DNA of 64,000 bases from the human T2T-CHM13v2.0 reference genome, Homo sapiens (GCF_009914755.1 NC_060932.1); one strand, 5' to 3'; counted from the first letter of the stretch, positions 1 through 14,230 are shown. Translations and numbers: made by a program. Notes: generated by a model not told the origin, from the letters alone.

Positions 1-254
1 AGCTCATTCTTTTAGACAGGGCTGAATTCTGCACTTATTCATTGAAAATAAATCAAGTTTTTCCCAAGTGTCCTATAATGTCCTAAAAAAGGGCACTAGG
101 CTGGATGAAGGATTTGGGTGTACACATTGTGGCGGGTCCTGTTTGTAGAACTGTGACAGGCAGTAGAGTGTTTGGGGTAACTATGTATCCCCTAAAGCCA
201 ACTGCCTGGTTTCAGTTTTTCCACTTATTGATAGATAAACATACTCCTTAACAA

Positions 255-425
255 CCCTATCAGTTTACCTGTAATGGGGATAATGATGATGATGCTGGTG
301 CTACCATCCTCATATAATTATTCTAATATTAGTTAATAGGCTATACTCCAAGAGTTCAATTAGTTCATATATGTAAACTACGTATACCACCCATGGAACA
401 TAGCAGATATTTGTATAAATATTTA
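255..425 (+). mobile_element. MIR SINE remnant
   Basis: Degenerate MIR core: tcagttt..ctgtaatggggataatg ... atatgtaaac ... catagcagatatt. Confidence 0.55.
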
Positions 426-2291
426 ATTTTTTTCATTAAAAGTGATTTTACGTTATCTGCATCAGAAGATTCATTCAATCCCAATTAATATTTTTACTTG
501 CAAAATTAAAATATACACTCTTTTTTTCCTGTTCCTTAAGCTACAATAAAGTACAACACTTTCTAGGAAGGGCAAAATCTTAGTGCTGGAAGGAAATAAT
601 GAAATCTTCCAGAGGAACGGTTTTCAACTGTGGTTGCGTATTAGGGAGCTTTCAAATAATATTTATACCCAGACCCAAATACAAACAAGAGAATCAGGTG
701 TGGAGGTTAGACACCAGTTTTTTTGTTTTTATTTTGTTTTCTTTTTCTGTTTTTGTTATTTACTCAACTTCATTTGTCATTCCAAAGTCTAACAAAGGAT
801 TCAAGCCATTGGTCTGGAACCATCTCTTCAAAATGCAGAAATTTCTCTAACCAACCTCTTCTTAATATTTCCATTGACACAGAATGGTATTTCCATTACC
901 TCACATAAAACTGAATAGTCCTTTAAGTGTAATTCATGCTAAGCAAACAATTCAGACTGAACACATTCAATGTTTATTTTCAAATTTGAATTCATCACCT
1001 CCTTACGTTGTTGGCAAAAGTGATAAACAAATGATAAATGCCAAATATAATGAAATATTTCTGCAAATTCTGCAACTTTTTACAACCATCACAGTTAAGT
1101 GAAATAAAATATTTTCAAAAGCAAATTAAATTCTTTAGTAATAAATAACACAGTTATTATTACTTTGAATAAAATTACATAAAGATGGCATTTCGGTTTT
1201 GAAAGCTGTTTAGGAATCTATCTCCACATGATCAATTTCATTTATTTCTTTTTGAATTTATTTTATTTATCCATTACCAGTTGTGCAATAAACTATATAA
1301 TCAAGAACCAGTGTCAGGCACTGGGCTATAAACCTTAATAAGGGCAAAACCAAAAGCTGGATTCAAAACTCAAAACTGTCAATTTCTTCAACGTGCCATA
1401 CCTTTCTGTTTCCCCTAAACTATTAATTGTATTGGATATTTGCAGTTAAGCTGATTTTTAAATAGATTTGATATTGTTTGTAACAACTCAGAGCTATAAT
1501 TCAGGTAAATTAAGGACTTGGTGGGGGAAGATTTTCTGTGGACGTTTTTTAAAAAATGAGTTCTTCTAGCTTATTTAAGATGTGATTTAACTCACCAGAC
1601 TGTAGTGTGTATACAATTTCTGGAGACATTGATCAAGTAAGCCAGGACCTGCCTGCAACCAAGGCTATGTGTGCTGTGATCATTCTCTAAGTATCAGTGG
1701 GGGTTGCACATAGGCTGGTTTAGAGGACACAAATGAGATAAGAACAGGATGCCTAAAGCCTGGATGCCACTTAATTCAATGAGGACAGATCGTCTGAGTC
1801 AGTTTGGTTTGGAGGAAGGGCAGAAGTTGACTGTTCTTCGGAAGGACATCCGGAAGGGCGGTCACCAGGGAAACTGCAAATCACAATAACACTGCCACGG
1901 GTGCTGTTAAAGATGGTTACTGCAGCCTCCTCAGAAAAGCACTGTTACATTTTAATCTCTTTATGGCGAATTATCAGCGGACCAAGGGTCATGAGCACCA
2001 GGTAGTAACAGCCCTCATTAATGGATGTTTAATCACTGCTATTTCTCCAGAGCCTTTAGAGTGCAGATTTTAGATCTGGTCTTATTTCTTCTAGATACTA
2101 TCATTAACACATATCTTAGAAAACTTTTTGTATCCCAGATTTCCTTTGTTCATTTTATTTGCAACGGAACTGGCAGAGACCAATGGAGCCAGAATTAACG
2201 CAATGAAACACAATTAATACAAGTGACAAAGTGTTCATAATGATGATGTTGAATGGGAAGAAACCATCAACGTAGTTTTAAAACATTTCCA

Positions 2292-2447
2292 GGAGGGATA
2301 GCATTAGGAGATATACCTAATGCTAAATGACGAGTTAATGGGTGCAGCACACCAACATGGCACATGTATACCTATGTAACAAATCTGCACGTTGTGCACA
2401 GGTACCCTAAAACTTAAAGTATAATAATAATAAAATTTAAAAAAAAA
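2292..2447 (+). mobile_element. 5'-truncated L1PA (about L1PA3-5) 3' UTR fragment with A-rich tail
   Basis: ggagggatagcattaggagatatacctaatgctaaatgacgagttaatgggtgcagcac...cttaaagtataataat. Near-TSD aaaacatttcca / aaaaaatttcca at a TT/AAAA site. Confidence 0.95.
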
Positions 2448-2754
2448 TTTCCAATGAACTTTTCCCCTCGAAATGCTAAAGTAAATCTTGACAGAGTGTT
2501 TTTTTTTATTGTAAACTCAATTTCTCAGATTTCTTTTTGTTCCATGTATAAAATCCAATTTTTGTGGTTCTTTTTCCTCAATGATACACAAACAAGCGTT
2601 AGTAATACTTATTTAGATTTATACAATGCCATTCTTTGCCGTAACGCATTCTGATATTATCCGCACCGCAGCTCTGCACTGGAGGAAAAGGCATTCTAAA
2701 GCAAGAGACTTTGGTCCTATTCTTGTGTTTTGTTTTTTTTTTTTTCTCTTTTTT

Positions 2755-2875
2755 AAATTAATCTGACCTTGGGAAAGACCCCTAAGCTTTGTCCTCAGTT
2801 TCTTTTTATCTTTAATCTGTAGTAAAAGGAATTTGAATAGGTTATATATACAGCTTCTTCTAGAACTGAAATGCT
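2755..2875 (+). mobile_element. MIR/MIR3 remnant
   Basis: tgaccttgggaaag...cctcagtttct core-like motif. Confidence 0.5.
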
Positions 2876-3370
2876 GTAGTTTTCTTTTAGAGTGCATTCA
2901 GATGGGAGCAAAGGCCCTTAGTAACTCGCTCAAGCTCATACATTTAAACAGCAGTACACAAGGACTTCAGTCCCTGAATCATATTCCAAGGTGTTCCCAC
3001 TAGGCTAGATTGCTTATTACTGAGAATGTGAAAATCAGAACTTGGTTTACTTCATCATGATTTTATTTTATTCTTGGACTAAAGAAATCTACTTAGTCTC
3101 ATTGCTATATGATATTGAAACATTTTAAAACTAATTTCAAATGTTTTACATAAATAATGAACACTAGGCTTTGTTATTTGATTGTGAAGATCAGGGGAGA
3201 AGGACGTCCACTCCGACCCACTGCCACCCACACCTCCCCGAGTCTACTCTATCTTGGGTTGGCGCTGTTTTACAAGAACATGGATTTCATTCCTGCTAAA
3301 GGAGTGGGACCGACGATTCTTGATTGTCCAAGGGCAAAGAGAAAAGATGACCTATTTAATTATCTTAATG

Positions 3371-3632
3371 GGCTGGGCGCGGTGGCACGCGCCTGTATTC
3401 CCAGTGCTTTGAGAGGCCAAGCCAGGTGGATCACGAGGTCAGGAGTTCGAGACCACCCTGGCTAACACGGTGAAACCCCGTCTCTACTAAAAATACAAAA
3501 AATTAGCCAATCGTGGTGGCAGGCGCCTGTAGTCCTAGTTACTCAGGAGGCTGAGCAGAGATCGCGCCACTGCACTCCAGCCTGGGCGAAAGAGCAAGAC
3601 TCCGTCTCAAAAAAAAAAAAAAAAAAAAAAAA
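3371..3632 (+). mobile_element. AluY/Sc-like with about 40-bp internal deletion in the right arm and a 29-bp TSD
   Basis: ggctgggcgcggtggc start, gatcacgaggtcagg, ctggctaacacgg, poly(A). TSD at 3342-3370 and 3629-3657. Confidence 0.97.
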
Positions 3633-5295
3633 GATGACCTATTTAATTATCTTAATGGAATTTAGTTATAATTATAAAGTTTTTCAAAGTTTTGTTGTTT
3701 GTTTCTTTTGTATTTAGACTAACCCAAACTCTAAGAATTTCTTAAACAGGAGTACTTGAAGCTTCAAAGAGGATCCTTTGAAGAAGAGCTAATAACTAGA
3801 GTGTTGTCCTGTCTTCCACAAGAAGGAGTCAGGTGGGGAGGTGCAGATCTGGTTCTTCTCTTTGTCACACTACTCAATTTTTCTCATAGAGCAGGGAGGT
3901 AAAATATCGCTTTCCACTGGACAATGTTAACCAGGAAATGGGGTCATTGCACTGAAATAACAAAGGGGCCAGTTGCTTGATCTTCATGGTTTGCTAACAC
4001 TTTACTGTGTTTCTTGTCTTCATGTAATAAACTCACCAGGGAAAGGTCTCTCTCTTCAGGAGTATTCTACTTTCTCCAGCTTCATTAGAAAAGTTTAGTT
4101 GGAGGAAAGAGGTAGTCAGCCCTGATACTTTCTTTAATTTAATGTTACCAGAGAGCCCTATGCTTTGAGAGCTATCAGGAATCCATTGATAAAACTAGCA
4201 ACATATTTGATTCCCATTTGCCTCCTTGGTTGTTTCCCAATGTGTTCAGATAAAGAAGAAAGATGTCATTAGCTCCTCCAAATTTCTAACAGAAGCCAAC
4301 ACAATCAAGAACCAAATTCTACAGCTAATAACTATGAAGGGCAACAATATTTTCTGTTAAAGTTTGCTAGAAAGTGGATGTAACAATTCCAGATGTAGAA
4401 GGCTGTTCAGGGACTTAAACTGCAGTCCCTTTCTAATCTACTATAATTAGATGTTAATGTATTCACACCTTATCAATTGGTTGGAGACAATTATACTTGG
4501 AAGCATCACATGCCTCTCTCTCAAATAATTATTCTAATTTGTTTTGCTCACTTTGGGTAGTAATATAGCATAAGGTGAAGAGCCAGTGCTCCAGCAGGTC
4601 AGTGAATATTGCTTTACTACTCAGTACACATTTGTAGATCATAAACACGGTTCGTTAGTTTCTCAAAGACGAGAAAGTTTTCTTGCAGCAGACACTGCTG
4701 AAAGCAATAAAAATGATATAATCATTCTTGAAGAACATGTAACATTTACAGTCGTAATAAATTTTCCATGCACATGTGCACTTCTAACAAATGTTGTAGA
4801 GACTCAAAGTTGAGAGACACTTTTGAACCACTTAAAGCCACATGTCAAATCTTTCTTTAACTGTGATAAATCCTGTTCTTTCACCTGAAAAGGTGACATT
4901 TCATGGCAAATAAGTCTGAGAAATCACCTGGAACAAGAAAAAATTTTCCTGTTTTGTAAGCTATTTCCTATAATAACCAGAAAATTAGGGACAAAAAAAG
5001 CTAGCTCACAGCACAGTTGCTCTGAGCTTTGTTAATCACAATCAGGAAACTATACCTTTGTTTGAGAAGCCAATCAAGGACTCAGGTTCTCCTCTGCATG
5101 AATTCATCTCAATGTCCTGGCAAATTGGAGTGGCTGCCTGTATTGTTGTGAGCCCCAAGTTGCTGGCATTTCTGCATCATTAGAGAAGCAGAGGACAAAC
5201 ATGGATGCTGACCATTGGTATTTATGTACTTCCCTATCTTCTTCCTTGTAGCCTGGCCACAAGCAGTATGATCACCTCCACTCACATAGACACCT

Positions 5296-5305
5296 GTGAC
5301 GTCAC
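5296..5305. promoter_or_regulatory. Full palindromic CRE (ATF/CREB) motif GTGACGTCAC
   Basis: Exact TGACGTCA at 5297-5304 with the CpG intact, in repeat-poor sequence. Function not shown. Confidence 0.35.
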
Positions 5306-5964
5306 CAAAGCAACAGGAATGGGGCTTGGCCAAGCTTCTTTGCAGGCATGTCTCACCCCTTCCACAATTCTCCATCAGGGCCTGCTGCCCTGGGAAGTCA
5401 GCTTCTCTGCTGATTTTACCTTTCGTGGTTATTCTTGATATTTATTTTAATAAAATACCACAATGATAGAGATGCCAGAAGGAAAAGGTCCCAGTGGCAT
5501 AATTTATCTCTGGCAGTTCAATGGAGACAATTAAATGAAACTTGTGAAATGTAAAAGGCAGCTTCTAAAACTGGGAAACGAGCCACTTTTCAAAACCTCA
5601 TGTCATCAAGTGCATGTTTAGATTTAGGTCGCTCTGCAAATATCAGTCCCTTGCACGGAAGAGCACCGCCTTGCAGTGCTGGGTGAGGTCAGCTCGGGGA
5701 CTGCATGACTGCTTAAAAAAAAAACAAACCTATTCTGTTCTCTTCATGTCTATTGGACTTTCAGGCACGACGGTAGAAATCCTAAATGGGCAGTTGAAAT
5801 CCAGACCATTTAAAGCACAAAGACACAAACACACACACACACACATACATTAAAACAAAAAGTCTGGATTAAAAGGAGAGAATCTGCCATTTTTCATTAA
5901 GTGTACTAAGTATCTCCTCATACTTGTCATCTGTAAGAAGATGTAGTGAAACGAATACTGCACC

Positions 5965-6150
5965 TATAATCTGAGAATAGTTCTGGTACCACCACTTGCT
6001 ATGCAACCTGGGTAAGTCCCCTAATGTCCCTGCCCTTTCTGTCTATAGATGGTGAGATAATACTTAATTTACTTCCCTCAAACAGTAGTTGTCAAGGTCA
6101 AATTAATAAATAGATCAAAAAGTATAATGCATTGAACACATAAAATGCTA
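5965..6150 (+). mobile_element. MIR remnant
   Basis: ccacttgctatgcaacctgggtaagtc...tctgtctatagatgg..gataatac. Confidence 0.55.
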
Positions 6151-8354
6151 CCATTTAGTGTTGTCTTAAATTATGTTTTGAATATTTGTACTTTCTTTAT
6201 TTACAACTTTTAAAATTTGCTTTTCCAAGTCCCAGAAGGAATAGGGAATACATTTAACAGTAACCGTCCTTAGCCCTGAAATTTAGAAGACTAGGTAATC
6301 ATTGTACTTAATTAAATAAATTTGAAGGGAAAAAAGAGAACAGTTCAGCTATAGTTGTACTACTTTGACTGCTTTCTCGCCAACAAAGAAAGCCTTTAAA
6401 TGACTATTCATTTGTTTAATCACTCAGTTAGTAAAAAAAAAATTAAGCCAGCCTTGTAGCTGAAATTATAAAATTGGATATCATTCAGTCTACAGTAGAA
6501 GATGGGCATACGAAAAAGTAGTCATATAACAGAAGAATGCACAAAATATAAGAACAGCAAGGGCAAAAACCAACTTCCACTGAGGGCAGGGAATGACAAT
6601 CTTCAAGGGATGGAATCAGAATGTAAGAGGCATTTAACTGGATCTTGAAAGATAAGTAGGCTTTTTCTATGTGGACAAGAGCATGTTCATCACTATTGAC
6701 ACAATAAAAAATTCACTTTTAATATTAAACTAAAAGGTGAAATTATATGAGTAAATATGATAATTATCTCCCACAGTAGGGTAGGTCGTCCTGAAAGCAA
6801 ATTAAACTGCTCCTATTCAAGCAGTCAAGCACCATAGGCAAGGCTTTCTAAATGGTCTGTTTGGATGAAAATCATCCCACTGGTATTAAGTAGAAACACA
6901 ATGCAGTGGAAAAAGTGCCTAGGAGGCAGATTCCAAAGGAATTTAGAGGAAGAGAAAAGGAAGGAGAGGGAAGAGAGGGGTGGAGAGTAAAGGAGAGTAA
7001 AAGGGAGGTAGGGGGAGAGAAAGATTCTGGCTTTCTTATTTCATTTTTCTCGATTCCTTTAACCACTACATCCGCTCTATCCATGATGGGTGTACAAAAT
7101 AAATTGATCTAATTAGTTGGTTTTAAGAATTTAAATATTCTCCTATCATGAGTGATTAACAAAATGTTTAAAATAATAATGTATTTATTAAATTGAGTTT
7201 GAAGCCCATGGAAAATTGAATGTAGCCAAGTCTTTGTGGATAAAAGTTCATGACCTAAATATCCCCCTGATGCTATTACTTGTTCCTTGGGTGACACTGA
7301 TAAGTTCTGAACAATGAAAAGATCTCTCTTCCTGTGCTACCTTCTTAAAGAACTCAAAGATGAGATGCCAGGAAAGTGGGATTCTATCCTCTGTTTCACC
7401 TTGCTGATTTTCTACAGAGCTGACCTAAAAGTGAAGTGTCACATCTGCTCAAAGCTAGCAAATCTTCCCCAGGAAGCTTAGGGATTTCCTTCAGAAAAAT
7501 AGTTTCATTCTAACTGTAATAGACTAACATGTAAAAAAGGGTTCTTGGGAAAACATTTCCCAAAGTTGATTCAAAACAGAAACTTCAAAGCAGAGTGGGG
7601 TTGGTTCCAGACTCTCTGAGTTAGGTAGGGGCACAGCCTCAAAAGGGGACCCAAGGTTAGCCTGCAAAGGTGCTCTCTTTCTGTCTCTGTTTTCTTCCTC
7701 TCTCCAACTGTCACTTCTAATGGCCTCAGTCCAATTCACTTTAGGCCTTTGAAGACATTTAGAACAGCTCAGATTTGGGGAAAAGTAATTCTTTACTCTT
7801 TTCTGTTCTTGGAATTCCAATAATAATGATTCTCAATCAGGCTTATGAATTTACAAGAAATGAAGCCATTGGGAACTGCAGAAAGCTATTGAACCAGTGT
7901 CTCTGGGCTTTGAACAAGCGTATATATTTTGGATTTTGCATTTGTGATTCTGATGTGTCCTCATGGTCAGTAATCACTTGTCATTTATTATTAATGCTAA
8001 TAAGGGCCAAACTAACATTAATCTCTACTTCTATACCTAGAATCTCTTTGAACGGAAAGGGACATAGAGATGATTTAAAAGATCCTTAAGATGACCTCCA
8101 ATCTTAACAACGATATAAGTCTGGGGCTATTGAAGGTAGAGCCACACTTACCTTAGCCAAACATTTAAAAATGTTTTAGGTTAAACATTTAAATGTACCA
8201 GGAAAGAATATTTATGATGCCTAATATGCATAGAATGCCACAGAATTTAGACTCTACTTATTTAAGGATGACTGCTGGTGATCATAATTAAAAAGAAAAA
8301 TAAATTAGCCACAGAAGGTATCTCTTGGATCCACAGTTTATGGTTGAAAGGTAA

Positions 8355-8440
8355 GTATATTAGAAGCAAAATTCCCACCATTATGCAATATCCCCATGCA
8401 GCAAACAGGCACATGTACCTCTTGGATCTAAAATAAATAT
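8355..8440 (+). mobile_element. Short old L1 (L1PA15-16/L1PB4-like) 3' end
   Basis: ccattatgcaatatccccatgcagcaaacaggcacatgtacctcttggatctaaaataaa. Confidence 0.65.
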
Positions 8441-8543
8441 ATGTGTAAATAATCACATTTTTAAATGTGTATTGTACTTTCAAACTTGTAACTTTTTTTT
8501 ACATTTTTGTGTTTTTATGCACATTAGAGATTGTCTTGTATGA

Positions 8544-8879
<336 letters not shown>

Positions 8880-8989
8880 TAAATTTAATATTATATTTTA
8901 CAGATGAGAAATACAGTGACTATTGTGCTTTCCGAACTTCCTTTCTTTCTCAAAGGAAGCTAGTTGCCACTAAAATCTCATCTCTTCAT

Positions 8990-9690
8990 TTCTTCAGCAT
9001 CATGGCTGCCAAGCCAGAGCAAATTTCCCAGACTCCCTTAGTTTGGGATTTGGCTATGTGACTATGAATAGGAGTGATATGCACATTTCTAAGCCCAGGT
9101 TTTCAGTCATTGGTTGAACACATTCTCGTCCTGTGAAAGTGACCCAGCTTCCACTATATGTAGACAACAACACTATCTGATATGGTTTGGCTGTGTCCCG
9201 ACCCAAATCTCATCTTGAATTGTAGATTCCATAATTTCCACATGTTGAGGGAAGGAGCCGGTGGGAGATAATGGAATCATGGGGGTGGTTTTCCCCATAC
9301 TGTTCTCATGGTAGCAGATAAGTTTCACGAGACCTGATGGTTTTATAAGGGGTTTCCCCTTCTGCTTGGCTCTCATTCTGTCTTGTCTGCTGCCATGTAA
9401 GATGTGACTTTTGCCTTCCACCATGATTGTGAGGCTCCCAGCCATGTGGAACCATTAAACGTCTTTTTCTTTATAAATTACCCAGTCTCGGGTATGTCTT
9501 TATCAGCAGCATGAAAATGAACTAATACACTACCATAAAGAACATGGCAAAGTGGTGACTTGAGACATGGATCCCTGAAAGACTGTAATCAACAGTTCTC
9601 CATTGATCTGGGCAAATCTCACTGACACTTGTACATGAGAGAGAAATAAAATGGTATAATTTTTCTTTTAAACCCCTCAATTAGATCTAT
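8990..9690 (+). mobile_element. MLT1 (J/I-like) MaLR LTR, split by a THE1 insertion
   Basis: tttcccagactcccttag..tggctatgtgact before THE1, and tggatccctgaaagactgt...gagagaaataaa after it. Confidence 0.55.
9178..9529 (+). mobile_element. THE1 (B/C-like) solo LTR
   Basis: tgatatggtttggctgtgtcc...aaattacccagtctcgggtatgtctttatcagcagcatgaaaatgaactaataca. 5-bp TSD ctatc/ctacc. Confidence 0.95.
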
Positions 9691-9867
9691 TTTTAGAAAA
9701 TGTTTTATATCAGCATTTGATATAAAGGGGATCCTCTAAAATCCCTCAAATATTTCGGCTCCTTCAACCAGGAACTGAGATTCTTAAAACATATCTAATG
9801 GTTTTTTGTAAACAGGATTTAAAAAAAGACTTGACACACACTTAAAAAAAAGCCCCAAAACCCAAAC

Positions 9868-9942
9868 ATATATATGTGTATGTGTGTGTATATATATATA
9901 CACACACACACACATTATATATATATATATGTATGTATATAC
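9868..9942. repeat. Compound (TA)/(TG)/(CA) microsatellite
   Basis: Directly visible. Confidence 0.9.
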
Positions 9943-10040
9943 ATGCCTAAAAAGAATGTATGCAACAATTATTAAAATGAAACTTACTTAAGGTCACAGT
10001 CAATTGCTTCAGAACTAAACAGAAGCCTTTGTGCTTTTAA

Positions 10041-10178
10041 TATTTTATTTTTTAATTTTCTGTAGAGATAGGGTCTCACTAAGTTGCCCAGGGTGATCTT
10101 GAACTCTTGGCTCAAATGACTCTGCCACCTCGGCCTCCCAAAGTGCTGGGACTATAGGCCTGAACCACCATGCCCATC
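10041..10178 (-). mobile_element. FLAM_C / Alu left monomer
   Basis: gtagagatagggtctcactaagttgcccag...gcctcccaaagtgctgggactatagg. Confidence 0.88.
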
Positions 10179-10938
10179 TCAATTATTTTTGAGATATCCT
10201 CAACCCAAATCTCACTTTTTTAACCTGAGAGAAACAAAAACTTCAATTTTAGCTTTGGTCATACAATTTTATTCTCTACGTCTCTAAGACATTTTGTTTG
10301 GAATATTCTTCCTGTTGTTATTAATTAGTATCAACTAGCTAGTACTACCAGACAATTGCCCTACTTAGGTTTTCATAGCAGACACAACATCTTGGTTTGT
10401 CAAATGTATTACAATTTCAGAGAAAAGAAAACAAGCTACCCCAATTACATTTTGCCATTTGTCTGACACTTTCATTATCCTTGATGCAATTCCTATCACA
10501 TGCTGTCTTGTTGTAAAAGCCATTTCTGTCAAATTAATTTAGGGAGGACTGGTGGAAAATGAAATTAAAAAAAAAGCCAAAAAAAAAAACAAAACCAAAC
10601 CCTTCTTCATCTACTTCTACCACCTGGTGAATCAGCAGAGAAATATAATTTTATTATATTTCAAATTAAATCAGATTCTGGGCTTACTGTTTCTGACATA
10701 ATCCAATGTAAAATCGAAGAGCTGCATCCATCCCTGACCATTTAGGAGCATGCTCGATTCATGGAAAATCAATTCCAGCTCACAGCCATGTGGCTCTTTA
10801 TGATGACCCATTAGTATTTTTTTAATTTTTGTAAATCTAGTGACTTATTTATTTAGAAGCCATAAAAAAGAATACCTCTCCAGTTTAATGAAATCCTTAT
10901 CTAGAAAGTGATCTGGGCTCTAGTCACATTCCTACCCT

Positions 10939-11004
10939 TATTAGGAAATCCATAGTTTCCCCTTAGTGCATATTAGGAAATCCATAGTTTCCCCTTAGTG
11001 CATA
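10939..11004. repeat. Perfect 32-bp tandem duplication
   Basis: tattaggaaatccatagtttccccttagtgca at 10939-10970 and 10971-11002. Confidence 0.95.
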
Positions 11005-11155
11005 GCCAAAGAAAGAGAACAGAATATAAAAGCTTCTGAAGCACCTCTGTCTCCATTGCTTTTAATTTTGATTCTCTTCTTTCATTTGTAAATAAAGCTA
11101 TAGAAATAGAACAATGAAATGGCAACTACCAGAGAGGATTAAAAAAGGAGCAGCC

Positions 11156-11475
<320 letters not shown>

Positions 11476-11811
11476 CTATCTATGTGAACACATTTTACAG
11501 TCTAGGCTAGGGTACTAAGGTACGGGGTTAACTCTTGATTTTCAGTCCTCAGAGTTTGCCACTGCTGAAAGGTCCTACTGAAGCTGACAAGCCTGAGAAG
11601 CAGATAAATGTAATCAGGAAAGTAATAGATGAGAGACAGCACAGTGCATAAATGAGTTTTGGATGAGGGTATCAGAAATGGAGCTATTAACATTGAAGCA
11701 AAAAAGAGCAAAACGTGGAAGAAAAAAAGGTCATGAAGTCAAAGTGAGAAGAAATAAATACATTTTGGATAAATATTTATTTAAGGGCTTTATATTTTTT
11801 GGTCAATTTCA

Positions 11812-12153
<342 letters not shown>

Positions 12154-12321
12154 GGAAACATGTTAAACTTGATAAACACCTGAATATACAACTGGATCTT
12201 TCTGTATTTCCTTGGTTAAAAATGATTTTTGTCAGGGAAAAACCAGATGTAATTTACTAATCAGTTAAATAATTCTGATAACTCAGAAGTTTGGTTCATC
12301 TTTCTCGTACAGTATTGATAC

Positions 12322-14230
12322 CTTTATTGAGATATATTTGTCATCATAAAATGCGTCTATTTAAAATGTTCACTGTGTTTAGCATATTCACAGTTGAGCA
12401 GCCATCACCACAATCTGAGTTTAGAACGTTTTCAACAAGGCAAAAAGCAGCTTCCTATGAATAGCAGCCCCTCCCTGTCTCCCACTGTTCATTTCTACCT
12501 GCTCTAAGCAACAGCTAATCTGCTTTCAGTTGCTATGAATTTTCCTATTCAGGACCTTTTGCATAAATTGAATCACACAGTATGTGGTCTTTAATGACTG
12601 GTTTTTATCACTTAGCTAATGTTTTCAAGGTTCATCCATGTTTTAGCATGTATCAGTACCTCACTAATTCTTTTTTTAAAATTTCTGAATAATATTTCAC
12701 TGTTTGGATACACCATATTTTGCTAGCTACTCATCAGTTGATGGGCTTCTAAGCTATTTCTACCTTTTGACTATTGTAAATAAGTATGCTGTGAACATGT
12801 GTGTACAAGTCTTATGTGGACATATATTTTCATTTATCTTGGGTATATAACAAGAAGTAGAATTTCTGGGTCACATGGTAAATCTATGTTTAGCATCTTG
12901 AGAAACTCCAAACTACTTTCTAAAATTTTTACACCATTTTAAGTTCTCACCAGCAATGATTTGCCACATTCTTGCCAATACTTGGTAAGTCTTTTAAATT
13001 TTATCCATCCTAGTGGGTGCAAAACGCTATCTCATTATTGGTTTAATTTGTATTTCTCTGAAGACTAATGATATTGAGCATACTTTCATGTGTTTAATGA
13101 ACACATGAAATATATATTGTGTATATTCTTTGGGGAACTAACTATTCAAATTCTTTATCTGTTTTTAAACTGGCTTGTCTTTTTATTGCTGAATTTTAAG
13201 GATTTTTAAAATATATTCTGGATATAATTGCCTTATTAGATATATAATTTACAAATAGTTTTTCCCATTCTGTGAGTTATTTTTTCTTTCTTGATGGTGG
13301 TATACTTTGACACAAGAAAGTTGTTTTTTTGTTTTGTTTTGTTTTGTTTTGATTTTTTGAGATGGAGTCTCCCTCTGTTACCCGGGCTGGAGTGCAGTGG
13401 TGTGATCCTGGCTCACTGCAACCTCTGCCTCCTGGGTTCGAGCAATTCTCTGCCTCAGCCTCCTGAGTAGCTGGGATTACAGGCACTCGCCATCACGCCG
13501 GGCTAATTTTTTTGTGTTTTTAGTAGAGACAGGGTTTCACCATCTTGGCCAGGCTGGTCTTAAACTCCTGACCTCGTGATTCACCCACCTCGGCCTCCCA
13601 AAGTGCTGGGATTACAGGCGTGAGCCACTGCGCCCAGCCCGACACAAAAAAGTTTTTGATTTTATGAAGTAAAATTTATCTAACTTTTCTTATATCACTT
13701 GTGCTTTTGTTGTCATACTAACTAAGCCATTCCCTAATCTAAGGTCAGAAAACTTATTCCTATATTTTCTTCTCAGAGTTTTATAGTTTTAGCTCTTGCA
13801 TTTAGGCCTATGACTCATTTCTGGTTAATTTTTGTGTATGGAGTGAGATGGAGATTCAACTTTATTGAAGCCTTATGGATATAGAGGTGTCTGAGAATAT
13901 TTGTTGAAGAAGATATTCTTTTTTCATTGACATGTCTTGGTATTTTTGTTAAAGTCAATTAATCATAAATAATTTCTGGACTCTCAATTCCATTCCACTG
14001 ATCTATATGTCTATTTTAATGCCTGTGCCACACTTTCTCAATAAGTGTAGTTTTACAGTAGGTTTTGAAATGAGGAAGTGTGACTCCTCCCTTTGATCTT
14101 CTTTTTCAAGATTGTTTGGCTATTCTGGATATGTTGCATTTTCATATGAATTTTATGATCAGCTTGTTGACTTCTATAAGAAAAGGTAGGATTTTCATAG
14201 AACTTAGATTGCATTTCGTTTGTGGATCAA
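12322..14230 (-). mobile_element. Old L1M (L1MB-like) 3' UTR and ORF2 C-terminal half, interrupted by an Alu
   Basis: ctttattgagatata...cacagttg..ccatcaccacaatc 3' end, followed by antisense ORF2 motifs (gttttcaaggttcatccatg, tttaatttgtatttctct). Confidence 0.88.
13323..13639 (-). mobile_element. AluS (Sg/Sc-like)
   Basis: Full dimer, (GTTTT)n tail. TSD gacacaagaaagtt / gacacaaaaaagtt. Confidence 0.97.

Noticed and set aside
9269-9279. DUX4 motif in the THE1 LTR
   Set aside because: Reads TAATGGAATCA, which mismatches TAAYYBAATCA at a pyrimidine position.
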